Assembly (NCBI GenBank): GCA_002361935.1
Contig: DESD01000021.1
Location: forward strand, 10,872 to 74,871
Direction of reading: 5' to 3'
DNA length: 64,000 nucleotides
DNA from: Ruminococcaceae bacterium UBA3323
GTDB lineage: Bacteria; Bacillota; Clostridia; Oscillospirales; Acutalibacteraceae
Below, in pieces: positions 27,390-36,227 of this stretch. The position numbers and the translations under genes are program-made. The notes under the pieces were generated by a model. That model was not told where the DNA came from. It did no database searches and saw only the letters and a list, made by a program, of their open reading frames with translations. The first letter of the stretch is position 1; each line of letters begins with the position of its first letter.

Positions 27390-28242
27390 TTAAAGCTACA
27401 ACATAGGTAAGCGGAATTGTAAAAAGCGATGAATCAAATCTATCCATCACCCCGCCGTGCCCCGGGAAGATTTTTCCAAAATCCTTAACGCCAAAGTTTC
27501 TTTTTAAAACCGAAGCGCTTAAATCGCCCATCATACCCATAAAGGAAATCGGAAGACTGCAGAGCAGAAGAATAATGATTGCGCTTGTTTCAAGCTTCGC
27601 TTCTGCAAATACATTATAAAGCACAACTGCCACAGCATTCAGAATCAAAGAGAAAATCACACCGCATACTGCGCCCTCAACTGTCTTTTTGGGGCTGATG
27701 TTCGGGCTCATTTTATGCTTTCCGAAAGCCATTCCGCCAAGCTGCGCTCCGCTGTCTGTTCCAAGAGCACAGATAAGCCCAAAGAAAATAAGATAAATAC
27801 CGAACTGCTCATTTTCAAACATATCACGAAGCCTTACAAAAACCGAAAAGCCATACGGAACAAGCACACTTGCAAAAACTGCAATGGCAACATCCTCAAA
27901 CTTGGTATATGCATAGCCCTTCAGCATAGCAAGAAGAAAAACAAGAACAAGCAGAATTACAAAAGCAACATTCGGAACTGCATGTATAACATTACCCCAA
28001 TACTCTGCTTCAACAAAAGGCAAAAGCACCTTTTCGCTACCGAAAAACGGAACTGCAGCGGCAAAGGCTGTGCCTGCAATCACAATAAATTTATTTTTAA
28101 CATTTGCACATTTCATAATTTCATTTGCTGCAACAGCGGATAAAAATGCAATCACGGCAACGAAAAGCGGCGTGTTTATCTGCCAAACTACAATTGCAAG
28201 CACCGCAAGCAAAACAACTGCTGTAATAATTCTTTTTTTCAT
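27376..28242 (-). CDS. cdsA: Phosphatidate cytidylyltransferase
   Basis: Polytopic; SPKKT.EG, GDL..S..KR..GVKDFG...PGHGG..DRFDS. Confidence 0.93.
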   Translation of the reverse strand: MKKRIITAVVLLAVLAIVVWQINTPLFVAVIAFLSAVAANEIMKCANVKNKFIVIAGTAFAAAVPFFGSEKVLLPFVEAEYWGNVIHAVPNVAFVILLVLVFLLAMLKGYAYTKFEDVAIAVFASVLVPYGFSVFVRLRDMFENEQFGIYLIFFGLICALGTDSGAQLGGMAFGKHKMSPNISPKKTVEGAVCGVIFSLILNAVAVVLYNVFAEAKLETSAIIILLLCSLPISFMGMMGDLSASVLKRNFGVKDFGKIFPGHGGVMDRFDSSLFTIPLTYVVALIAFF

Positions 28243-28264
28243 ATTGAATTCCCCTTATCATTCA

Positions 28265-28981
28265 TTACCCGCCGAAACGGCGATTTCTTTTTTCAAACTC
28301 ATGAAGCGCCATATGAAGGTCCTCTTCATCAAAATCAGGCCACAGCACATCACTGTACCAGAATTCGCTGTAAGCTGCCTGCCACAAAAGGAAATTGGAA
28401 AGTCTTTCCTCGCCGCTCGGCCTTATTATCAGATCGCATTCCGGCATCGTATAAACATTATCACTGATATCCTGCTCGGTTATCTCGGTTTTACCGCCGG
28501 CAATAAGCTTATTTACGGCAGATACAATTTCCTGCCTGCCGCCGTAGTTGATGGCAAGATTCACTACAGTTCCCGTTCTGTCGGCAGTTGTAGCCTCCGC
28601 TTCATCCATAAGCTTCAGCAGTTCGGGATGAATGCCCTCTCTTTCACCTGCAAATCTGATACGGATATTCCCTGTTTCTGCAATTCTGTCTCTTGCTTCA
28701 ATAAGAAAATCATAAAAAAGACGCATAAGCGTGTTTACTTCTTCTTTGGGCCTTTTCCAGTTTTCGGTTGAAAAGGCATAAAAGGTTACCTCTTCAATAC
28801 CGAGTCTGCCGCATTCCTTACAGATTTTTTCAAACACATCTGCACCTGCTCTATGCCCTGCAGTTCTGGGCAAGCCCCTTTTTTTAGCCCATCTGCCGTT
28901 ACCGTCCATAATAATACCGATATGCTTCGGAAGAACGGTGAATTCGTCCGTTTTCTTTTCTTTTTTTCTGAATAAAGCCAT
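28265..28981 (-). CDS. uppS: Undecaprenyl diphosphate synthase
   Basis: HIGIIMDGNGRWA, FSTENWKRP, NYGGR, IRPSGE.RLSNFLLWQ, RRFGG. Confidence 0.97.
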   Translation of the reverse strand: MALFRKKEKKTDEFTVLPKHIGIIMDGNGRWAKKRGLPRTAGHRAGADVFEKICKECGRLGIEEVTFYAFSTENWKRPKEEVNTLMRLFYDFLIEARDRIAETGNIRIRFAGEREGIHPELLKLMDEAEATTADRTGTVVNLAINYGGRQEIVSAVNKLIAGGKTEITEQDISDNVYTMPECDLIIRPSGEERLSNFLLWQAAYSEFWYSDVLWPDFDEEDLHMALHEFEKRNRRFGG

Positions 28982-29008
28982 AATGTACTCCTTAATAAAC
29001 GAGAGAAC

Positions 29009-29039
29009 GGCGAAGGAAAATCATCAGAATTCCTTCGCC
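29009..29039 (-). terminator. Hairpin after frr (terminator or stabiliser)
   Basis: 10-bp stem GGCGAAGGAA/TTCCTTCGCC; weak U tract. Confidence 0.5.
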
Positions 29040-29056
29040 ATATAACACTTAATACT

Positions 29057-29611
29057 TTAGATGGAAAGGATTTCCTGTTCCTTTTTCTTTTCCATCTCTT
29101 CAGACTGCTTTACATAGCTGTCTGTAATATCCTGAAGCTTTTTTTCTCCGTCTTTCTGATCATCCTCGGTAATTTCATTGTTCTTTTTAAGCTTCTTTAA
29201 ATCATCCATAGCATCACGGCGAACATTTCTTATAGCAACCTTTGCTTCCTCACCGCGCTTGGAAATATCCTTAACAAGCTCTTTACGGCGATCCTCTGTA
29301 AGAGGAGGGAAGGAAAGGCGGATAACCTTACCGTCATTGCTTGGATTAATTCCGATATCAGAAGTATTGATTGCCTTTTCAATTTCTTTCAGCGTGCTTG
29401 CATCCCAAGGCTGAATCATAAGCATTCTTGGTTCGGGAACGCTGATAGCTGCCATCTGGTTAATCGGAGTTGCACAGCCATAATAATCAACCATAACCTT
29501 ATCAAGAACAGCCGGATTGGCTCTGCCTGCACGAATTGTTTTATAATCTCTTTCCAATGCATCAAGGCATTTTTCCATTTTTTCTTTTGTTTTCGCAAAT
29601 AAAGCTTCCAT
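29057..29611 (-). CDS. frr: Ribosome recycling factor
   Basis: IRAGRANP, PWD, NPSNDG..IRL.FP.LTE.RRKELVK, AIRNVRRDA. Confidence 0.97.
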   Translation of the reverse strand: MEALFAKTKEKMEKCLDALERDYKTIRAGRANPAVLDKVMVDYYGCATPINQMAAISVPEPRMLMIQPWDASTLKEIEKAINTSDIGINPSNDGKVIRLSFPPLTEDRRKELVKDISKRGEEAKVAIRNVRRDAMDDLKKLKKNNEITEDDQKDGEKKLQDITDSYVKQSEEMEKKKEQEILSI

Positions 29612-29625
29612 AAAATTTACCTCAC

Positions 29626-30336
29626 TTAATTATTCTGCACAAGTGTGCCTATCGTTTCGCCGCAAACGGCTTTGCAAATATTTTCCGGATCATCAAGGTT
29701 GAATACAAGGATTGACATATCATTATCCTTACAAAGTGAAAATGCAGTTGAATCCATAACCTTTAAATCACGGTTAATAACCTCACGGAATGACACGGTA
29801 TCATATTTAACAGCATCACTGAATTTATTAGGATCCTTATCATAAACGCCATCTACATTCGTAGCCTTAAACAGAACATCGGCGTTAATTTCAACACTGC
29901 GAAGTGCAGCAGCAGTATCTGTTGAGAAAAACGGAGAGCCGGTTCCGCATCCGAAAATAACAATTCTGCCCTTTTCAAAATGACGTATAGCCTTATTTCT
30001 GATATACGGCTCTGCAATCTGGCGCATTTCAATAGCGGTCTGCACTCTTACATCAGCGCCAAGCTGTTCAAGAGCATCCGAAAGCGCAAGAGCATTCATA
30101 GAGGTTGCAAGCATACCGATATGGTCTGCTCTTGTTCTATCCATACCCTCACTTGTTCTGCCTCTCCAAAAGTTGCCTCCGCCGACTACAATACCGACCT
30201 CAACGCCCATATCGGCAACCTTTTTAACCGACCTGCATATTTTTACAACAGTGTCATTATCAATACCTGTTCCTTTTTCGCCTGCAAGAACCTCGCCTGA
30301 AAGCTTCAGCAAAATTCTTTTATAAGCAATACCCAT
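29626..30336 (-). CDS. pyrH: UMP kinase
   Basis: [42 protein letters not shown]. Start moved to 30336 (GGAGG SD). Confidence 0.97.
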   Translation of the reverse strand: MGIAYKRILLKLSGEVLAGEKGTGIDNDTVVKICRSVKKVADMGVEVGIVVGGGNFWRGRTSEGMDRTRADHIGMLATSMNALALSDALEQLGADVRVQTAIEMRQIAEPYIRNKAIRHFEKGRIVIFGCGTGSPFFSTDTAAALRSVEINADVLFKATNVDGVYDKDPNKFSDAVKYDTVSFREVINRDLKVMDSTAFSLCKDNDMSILVFNLDDPENICKAVCGETIGTLVQNN

Positions 30337-30422
30337 TTTTATACCTCCGTGCAAATGGAAAGTTCCTTTTGTATTATCTATATATTAATATATTTTATAA
30401 ATAAAGTAAATAGTAATATAAG

Positions 30423-30449
30423 AAAAAGGCAGTAAATTTACCGCCTTTT
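30423..30449 (-). terminator. Terminator at the pyrH-side end of the accessory block
   Basis: AAAAGGCGGTAAATTTACTGCCTTTTT stem-loop with U tract. Confidence 0.7.
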
Positions 30450-30458
30450 AACATTTCT

Positions 30459-31094
30459 TTAATAACTGTCGAGCCTTTTCAACACTTCCTCTGCAATGAA
30501 TTTATGCCCTAAACTTGTTGGATGAATGCCGTCAACAGCTAATTCAGCAGGGGAAATCTTTTTTTGCACTTCATTAAACATTTGCTGCAAATCAATAATC
30601 TCTGCGCTGTTTGCGGCAGCCATATCTGCAAGCTTTCGGCGGTATTCATCAAGCACCTTATGAAACGGTTCTTTTTCTTTTACCGAATCAATCATAAACG
30701 GCAAAAGAACAAGCAGCTTTGTGTTTTTTAGCTCTGCATTCAGCCTTCTGTATAGTTCTTTCATATGCGGCTCCATAGGCCGTAAAAGAGGGGGATACTG
30801 TTCGGGCACATAATTTTCCCACGCATCATTTACCCCAATGAGCATAACAATAATATCGGGCTTAAGATTTATGCAATCCTTTGTAAGCCTGTCGTAAATA
30901 TGATACGTTCTGTTGGATGCTATGCCTTTATAAAAGAATTTCAGATTTTTATATGTCTTTTTCAGCTCTTTGGAAACCTGTAAAGCATAAACCCTTGACC
31001 CATGAATTTTATATGCAAACCGCCGGTTAAATTTTATATCGGTAATACTGTCTCCCAGAAATAAAATTCTGCAGCCGTCCTTAATTTCAATCAT
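30459..31094 (-). CDS. SGNH/GDSL hydrolase
   Basis: FLGDSIT (block I), G..SNRT, IGVND (block III), DGIHP (block V). Confidence 0.9.
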   Translation of the reverse strand: MIEIKDGCRILFLGDSITDIKFNRRFAYKIHGSRVYALQVSKELKKTYKNLKFFYKGIASNRTYHIYDRLTKDCINLKPDIIVMLIGVNDAWENYVPEQYPPLLRPMEPHMKELYRRLNAELKNTKLLVLLPFMIDSVKEKEPFHKVLDEYRRKLADMAAANSAEIIDLQQMFNEVQKKISPAELAVDGIHPTSLGHKFIAEEVLKRLDSY

Positions 31095-31114
31095 ATCATC
31101 TGCTCCTCAAATAC

Positions 31115-31576
31115 TCAATATAACTTATTGACCCAATCACCGTTTTCTTTAACCGATATAAATTCGCTTAAATGATCATCATCAAAAACCCTGAACATCA
31201 TATCAAAGCCTTCTGCCAATTTATAATTCTTCAAAGCCTCTTTCTTTATCCAGAAAACCTCTCCCTCATTTGATGAACGAAGATTTCCGCTGAATTCATT
31301 TGTTTTATAAAGCAAAACGATGTATCTTGATTTTTTGGACCATTTCCAATGCTTTATCCCGCACAGCCTTGGATTTTTAATATCAAGCCCGGTTTCTTCC
31401 TTAATCTCTCTGATAACGGAATCATTAAAGCTCTCGTCATGCTCTATATGACCGCCGGGAAAGGTAACGCCGCCCCAGCTTCTTCCGATTTTATCCTGAA
31501 CAAGAATATTGCCGTTATTGTCATAAATCATACACATATTTGTGAGCACTGTTTTTTCTTTCGCTTCCAATTCCAT
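31115..31576 (-). CDS. NUDIX hydrolase, MutT/8-oxo-dGTPase-like
   Basis: PGGHIE..ESF..SVIREIKEETG Nudix box; LTNMCM start motif. Start at ATG 31576 or TTG 31570. Confidence 0.88.
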   Translation of the reverse strand: MELEAKEKTVLTNMCMIYDNNGNILVQDKIGRSWGGVTFPGGHIEHDESFNDSVIREIKEETGLDIKNPRLCGIKHWKWSKKSRYIVLLYKTNEFSGNLRSSNEGEVFWIKKEALKNYKLAEGFDMMFRVFDDDHLSEFISVKENGDWVNKLY

Positions 31577-31646
31577 CACCAAATTAATGTTAACATAAAA
31601 TTCCCTTATTTGCAAACAAAAAAGCAGGTCATCAACCTGCCTTTTT
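31574..31646 (-). promoter_or_regulatory. Terminator-promoter-RBS module, copy A
   Basis: GCAGG..CCTGC hairpin + T tract, TTGCAA-17-TAACAT, then AATTTGGTGATG. Confidence 0.7.
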
Positions 31647-31666
31647 GTTATTTAATTTACTGCTTA

Positions 31667-31909
31667 TCACAATGTGACATACATTTCAAAACCATAAACT
31701 GTATTCATACTGAAAACAGTTAATCTTTTATTTCGTTTTATCTCTCTTTTCAATTTTTTGCAAAAAGAATAAACACTTTTTGCAGTAATATATATTTTTG
31801 CTTTTTTTAATTTTAAAGAAATTACAAGTGCAGTAAAAGAATTCAGTACAATACAATATGGCAGCCTGATTTTTATTTTAAATCTGCCGTTGGTGATTAA
31901 AATTTTCAT
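31667..31909 (-). CDS. Small basic hypothetical protein
   Basis: 80 aa, ATGA overlap with the XRE gene, Lys/Ile-rich, AT-rich DNA. Confidence 0.55.
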   Translation of the reverse strand: MKILITNGRFKIKIRLPYCIVLNSFTALVISLKLKKAKIYITAKSVYSFCKKLKREIKRNKRLTVFSMNTVYGFEMYVTL

Positions 31910-32469
31910 ATATCCTCGCGTTCTGCATAAACCTTAATCACATCGCCGTTTTGAGAAACAACATTTACAATTTCGCCCATAACACCGCTGTCAACAAGTT
32001 TAAAAATCATATCAAAATCTATTTTACTTAAATCAATACCGCCCACTGCAGCATTATTGATTTTTACATTTTCAAAAAGGCCCTTAATCGGTTCAAGCAA
32101 AGTAACGGGCAGTTTTACATTGATATTATCGCCACTCTGAGACAGAACATTTACCTTAATAAACATATTGCCGCTACCTGAATCTTTTCTTGAAAGATTT
32201 TCGTTAGCCTCTGTATTTTGTTCAGACTTTTCAGTATCGGGATTATTTGCTTTTTCATGAACCGCATTAAAGTCATCTGTACATAAAAGCTCATCAACTG
32301 TTTTACCGTACAATTTTGCAATTTCAGGCAAAAGCATAATATCAGGGCAGGACAAATCATTTTCCCACTTTGATACAGCCTGAGGTGAAACGCCAAGACG
32401 AACAGCTATTTCCTCCTGTGTAAAGCCGGACTTTTTTCTCATATAATTTAATTTTTCTCCAAGTGTCAT
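31906..32469 (-). CDS. XRE-family HTH regulator with a C-terminal DUF2089/SHOCT-like domain
   Basis: R...GFTQEE.A.RLGVSPQAVSKWE....PDI.LLP.IA; C-terminal VNIKLP..L and G.IV.V.S..GD.I.V. Start at ATG 32469. Confidence 0.8.
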   Translation of the reverse strand: MTLGEKLNYMRKKSGFTQEEIAVRLGVSPQAVSKWENDLSCPDIMLLPEIAKLYGKTVDELLCTDDFNAVHEKANNPDTEKSEQNTEANENLSRKDSGSGNMFIKVNVLSQSGDNINVKLPVTLLEPIKGLFENVKINNAAVGGIDLSKIDFDMIFKLVDSGVMGEIVNVVSQNGDVIKVYAEREDI

Positions 32470-32530
32470 TTTGTGATTTCCTTTCATCCATAAAATAATT
32501 GATGCACCAATTTCAATAACAATCTAACAC

Positions 32531-32608
32531 ACAAAATCGGTTGATGAAAGCAACTTAAGGTTGAAATTTGTTCTTACAACTATTGGTTGTTTTATCAACC
32601 ATTAGTTT
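32531..32608. promoter_or_regulatory. Operator-like array, CAAC-N5-GTTG, upstream of the XRE gene
   Basis: Full sites at 32551-32563 and 32577-32589; partial sites at 32531-32543 and 32596-32608. Confidence 0.55.
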
Positions 32609-32623
32609 AGCGCACTTTTTCAG

Positions 32624-32935
32624 CTAATCTTCAACATATTCCAAAAATATTTTCTTTTCAAAAGCACCATTTTTGATTTCTTTTTGTTCCTTTAATTTTA
32701 ATATTTCATCAAAACTGCTGCCCTTTGCTTTTGCAAGATATTCAACCACTTCAAGAATATCTGCAAGTTCCATAAGTTCCTCACTATCAATGAATTCATT
32801 TGTTTCTTCGATAAGCTTTGTTTTCAGTTCCCACAAATATTTCTCATCATCAAGGATGGATGTATGCGGTATTTCACCGTTTTTTCTTATGATATCAGGT
32901 ATATTATCCCTTACTAATTTATTGTAAACTCTCAT
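32624..32935 (-). CDS. All-alpha NTP pyrophosphohydrolase (COG4997/MazG-like)
   Basis: YNKLVRD.IP.II, KL.EE..E, ELADI.EV, K....G.FE..IFL. Confidence 0.85.
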   Translation of the reverse strand: MRVYNKLVRDNIPDIIRKNGEIPHTSILDDEKYLWELKTKLIEETNEFIDSEELMELADILEVVEYLAKAKGSSFDEILKLKEQKEIKNGAFEKKIFLEYVED

Positions 32936-32958
32936 ATTTTACCCTTCCTTGACAAACA

Positions 32959-33396
32959 TTATTTAAGCCTTTGAATATAGCCTGTTTTTTCAAATCTGTT
33001 ATAGCCGTTTTTCTGATAAAACTTATGTGTACTTCGCTTTTTCGAGCCTGTTAACAGCATCATTTTATAACAATGATTATCAACGGCTATCTGTTTTGCA
33101 AAAGAAAGGCAGGCAGATGCCAGACCGAGCTTTCTGCATGCTTTATCCGTAACAACATTTTCAATTAAAGCATACGGCTGCTGGTTATGCGTTAAGTTAG
33201 GTATAATAACGCAAACACAAGAGGACACAATTTTTCCCCTTTCCTCTGCTACAATGATATGATGATTTTCATCTGCCAGTATTTTATTGAATACCGCAAT
33301 ATTTTTATCATTATTTTCAATCGGTTTGTTGTTGTGTAAATGCGTATACAATTCACTTAAACCATCAAAATCATTCTCATTAATTTCTCTTATCAT
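32959..33396 (-). CDS. GNAT family N-acetyltransferase
   Basis: IIPNLT....PYA.IENVVT....RK.GLA, CYK.MLLTGSK, FY...GY. Confidence 0.88.
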   Translation of the reverse strand: MIREINENDFDGLSELYTHLHNNKPIENNDKNIAVFNKILADENHHIIVAEERGKIVSSCVCVIIPNLTHNQQPYALIENVVTDKACRKLGLASACLSFAKQIAVDNHCYKMMLLTGSKKRSTHKFYQKNGYNRFEKTGYIQRLK

Positions 33397-33761
33397 AATT
33401 CCTCAAGCTCTTTCTGAATATATTTGGGAAGCTTTGAAATAACATGGCTATAGCTATGGTCTATCATTTCTTTTACTGCATCATCAGCCAAAATGTTATC
33501 CAGCGGAAGCGTATTAAAATACGGCTGCTGAACAGGCGGACAATGCCAACCCCTTACAACAATATCGGGATAAAGCTTTCTGTAGAATTCACCGGTTAAT
33601 CGGTCACAATTAAAGGTTGCCGTATTCCTTCCTTTCAGCTTGAAAAACTGAGCAAATATTTTACCCTTTACTTTAATTACGGTAACCTCATCACCAAAGG
33701 GATAATCCTCATACGCACCACTTTTGCTTAAACAGTATGCAATAAAATCCTGCGGTTCCAT
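33393..33761 (-). CDS. MmcQ/YjbR family protein
   Basis: YCLSK.GA.EDYPFG.....KV.GK.FA; variant C-terminal segment (GWHCPPVQQPYFNT). Confidence 0.8.
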   Translation of the reverse strand: MEPQDFIAYCLSKSGAYEDYPFGDEVTVIKVKGKIFAQFFKLKGRNTATFNCDRLTGEFYRKLYPDIVVRGWHCPPVQQPYFNTLPLDNILADDAVKEMIDHSYSHVISKLPKYIQKELEEL

Positions 33762-33776
33762 ATAGCTTTCCTCAAT

Positions 33777-34493
33777 TCATCCATGATAAATAACATTATC
33801 ATTCAGTTTATAATTTTCATGAAACAAGCCTGTTGTATCTACATAGTAATTGTTCATATTGTTTGGCTCATAATATACCTTAACGGTTTGTCCGATACAG
33901 TCTGCACTTACATTTTCCCACACATTATCACTTTTGAACCTATGTATCTTTACACCGTCATCATAGTCAGCCTCAATGATAAACGGATATCTGCGGTTAA
34001 CAGATATTCCGGTATTTTCATAAAATCTTATCACTTCAGCATTTATCACAAGACCATTTTGAAGCAGATGCCTGCGTTTTGCATTTTTATTTTTTTGCTT
34101 GATAATCAGTACAATTGATGCTATCAGAAAGGCTACACCTAACAAGCCAAAAACCAAGCACAAAACAACAGGCATTTCGTTCTTGATTTCCTTCGGATTA
34201 TCAGGATTATAATAAACATCTACACTGTCGCCGATATCCCATGAGGAATTGTAAGAATTCATTTTATCGGTATATTCTTTACCATCAGCAACATATTTAA
34301 CCACCGTTTTTGTATGCTTATCATTATCGGAACCACGATAAACTTCAAAATCAATGATTTCCGCTTTAACGGAAATGCAGGTGTTTCTTATATTGATATT
34401 TATTGCTGTAAATACGGCGGACAGAGATGTATATATAATTCCGATAATCAGAAATACAAGGATACACAGCTTCATCGGTTTTATTTTTTTCAT
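33777..34493 (-). CDS. DUF3592-type membrane protein with two OB-like extramembrane segments
   Basis: TM - (A.I.DF...V.Y..DG..Y...G..V.V.Y.P.NP) - TM - second similar segment ending V.VYY.P.N...YYVD. Confidence 0.7.
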   Translation of the reverse strand: MKKIKPMKLCILVFLIIGIIYTSLSAVFTAININIRNTCISVKAEIIDFEVYRGSDNDKHTKTVVKYVADGKEYTDKMNSYNSSWDIGDSVDVYYNPDNPKEIKNEMPVVLCLVFGLLGVAFLIASIVLIIKQKNKNAKRRHLLQNGLVINAEVIRFYENTGISVNRRYPFIIEADYDDGVKIHRFKSDNVWENVSADCIGQTVKVYYEPNNMNNYYVDTTGLFHENYKLNDNVIYHG

Positions 34494-34496
34494 AAT

Positions 34497-34571
34497 CATC
34501 ACCAAATTTATAGTAACACACTGCCTGTTTTATTGCAACAAAAAGAGCAGGCAAAAGCCTGCTTGCTCTTT
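34497..34571 (-). promoter_or_regulatory. Terminator-promoter-RBS module, copy B
   Basis: GCAGG..CCTGC hairpin + T tract, TTGCAA-17-TACTAT, then AATTTGGTGATG. Confidence 0.7.
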
Positions 34572-34574
34572 GCA

Positions 34575-35363
34575 CTATTTAACTAAATCATTCCATTTCC
34601 TTTGAAAAAACATAAATTCCCTTACGAATTTTGGAAAAACAACATTTCCCTTTTCATCCCAATAAACATCCCAAATATAATCATAATATAAATTGCCATT
34701 ATCATCATAGATTAAAAAGATATCGCTATAATGTATGCTTTCGGAATCATAATCGAAAATGCATAAATCACCATCCTGATTTATACAGTATAAATAATCT
34801 TCCATTTTGTATTCTTTTCCACTTTCTATTGAAACAAGCGTATCAAACCGATCATCAACCCATTTATAGCTGTTTCCATTTTCATCATAGTACAAAAAGT
34901 TCATATCTTTATATAGATATTTATTTCCCTTTTTATCATATATTACTTTATTATTCAGATCATCAACAGTTGTTTGAGGATTAAGCGTATGTTCAAATTC
35001 ACCTGTATTAGATAAATTATAACAAATTGCACCACTATAAGATAAAGCAATCAGAATTATAGAAAACACTAAAAAAATATTTTTAGATTTGTATCGTTTA
35101 ACTGTTTTATTTTTACGATTAACAACAGCATAAATGATAGGGATAATAACACCAAAAAGAAAAGTTAATAAAGACCAAAGAAATCTGTATTTTACCTCTC
35201 TTTCCTTTGCACTTGAATGAATAGTAAGACAAAGAAAAATTCTGTATAAAGCAAAAGAAACAAACCATAAGCCAAGATAAAACATCTGAAAACTGCTGGC
35301 AGTTACCAAGTCATAAAAATTAAAAGTCCAAAAATAATCTGAAAACAAAGAAAACATAATCAT
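34575..35363 (-). CDS. Hypothetical membrane protein with YDxxGN repeats
   Basis: About 3-4 N-terminal TM helices, then a Tyr/Asp-rich domain with YDKKGN, YDENGN, YDDNGN, WDEKGN; very AT-rich. Confidence 0.7.
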   Translation of the reverse strand: MIMFSLFSDYFWTFNFYDLVTASSFQMFYLGLWFVSFALYRIFLCLTIHSSAKEREVKYRFLWSLLTFLFGVIIPIIYAVVNRKNKTVKRYKSKNIFLVFSIILIALSYSGAICYNLSNTGEFEHTLNPQTTVDDLNNKVIYDKKGNKYLYKDMNFLYYDENGNSYKWVDDRFDTLVSIESGKEYKMEDYLYCINQDGDLCIFDYDSESIHYSDIFLIYDDNGNLYYDYIWDVYWDEKGNVVFPKFVREFMFFQRKWNDLVK

Positions 35364-35468
35364 TTTCACCCCCACCTTTCAATCTCATATTCTCACATAA
35401 TCTAAAAAATGTAAATAATTTTCAGATTATTTTATAATTCGTTTTAGTTTAATTTAGAAACAATTAAG

Positions 35469-35495
35469 AAAAAGAGCAGGCAATGCCTGCTCTTT
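35469..35495 (-). terminator. Terminator hairpin sharing a 15-nt direct repeat with 34540-34554
   Basis: AAAAAGAGCAGGCAATGCCTGCTCTTT. Confidence 0.75.
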
Positions 35496-35500
35496 AAATT

Positions 35501-36151
35501 TTACAAAAGTATATTTTTCAAATCAGCAACTGTTTTTGCAATATATGATGCACCGGCGTTATTCAGTTCTTCATAGTCGCCGTATCCATATTCAACACCT
35601 ACCGAATCCATACCAACCGCCTTCGCACCGATTATATCGTGCATTCTGTCTCCAACCATAACAGCCTTTGATTTATCCGCAATGCTGCATTGCCGTAAAG
35701 CATATTCAATAACGTCTGCCTTTTTCGAGCGCGTTCCATCCATATTTGAACCTGCTGTAAATTCAAAATATTTTGCAAGATCAAAGTGTTCCATAATCCT
35801 ATCGGTAAATTGCTGAGGCTTGGAGGTTGCAAGAATGAGCCTTTTACCGTTATCAACAAGCTCCTGCAGAAGCTGCGGTATGCCATCATAAACCTTATTT
35901 TCCAAAAGCCCTTTGGTACTGAAATATTCACGATAAAAGGATACTGCTTCCATTGCCTTATCCTCTTCAAACCCATAAAAGTCCCTGAATGATTCGTGCA
36001 GAGGAGGCCCTAAAAATTTTCCGAGTGTTTCTGTATTCTCAACTGCGATATCATACTTTTTCAAAGCATAAATGATTGAGTTGATAATACCCGGCGAAGA
36101 ATCTGTTAAGGTACCGTCAAGGTCAAATAAGATTACATCGTAACTTTTCAT
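35501..36151 (-). CDS. HAD-IA hydrolase (phosphoglycolate phosphatase/5'-nucleotidase-like)
   Basis: FDLDGTLTDS, FLGPPL, ATSKP, K..VI, MVGDR.HD..GA. Start moved to 36151 (AAGGAG SD). Confidence 0.9.
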   Translation of the reverse strand: MKSYDVILFDLDGTLTDSSPGIINSIIYALKKYDIAVENTETLGKFLGPPLHESFRDFYGFEEDKAMEAVSFYREYFSTKGLLENKVYDGIPQLLQELVDNGKRLILATSKPQQFTDRIMEHFDLAKYFEFTAGSNMDGTRSKKADVIEYALRQCSIADKSKAVMVGDRMHDIIGAKAVGMDSVGVEYGYGDYEELNNAGASYIAKTVADLKNILL

Positions 36152-36200
36152 AGCATACTCCTTTACATTAAAATTTTTCATATATATACTTATAGTTCAT

Positions 36201-36227
36201 AAAAGCCTCGGTCAACCGACCGCTTTT
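36201..36227. terminator. Hairpin upstream of the HAD gene
   Basis: AAAAGC-CTCGG..CCGA-CC-GCTTTT imperfect stem. Confidence 0.5.

Noticed and set aside
30380-30393. Perfect palindrome ATATATTAATATAT upstream of pyrH
   Set aside because: A/T-only sequence in a very AT-rich spacer; expected by chance.
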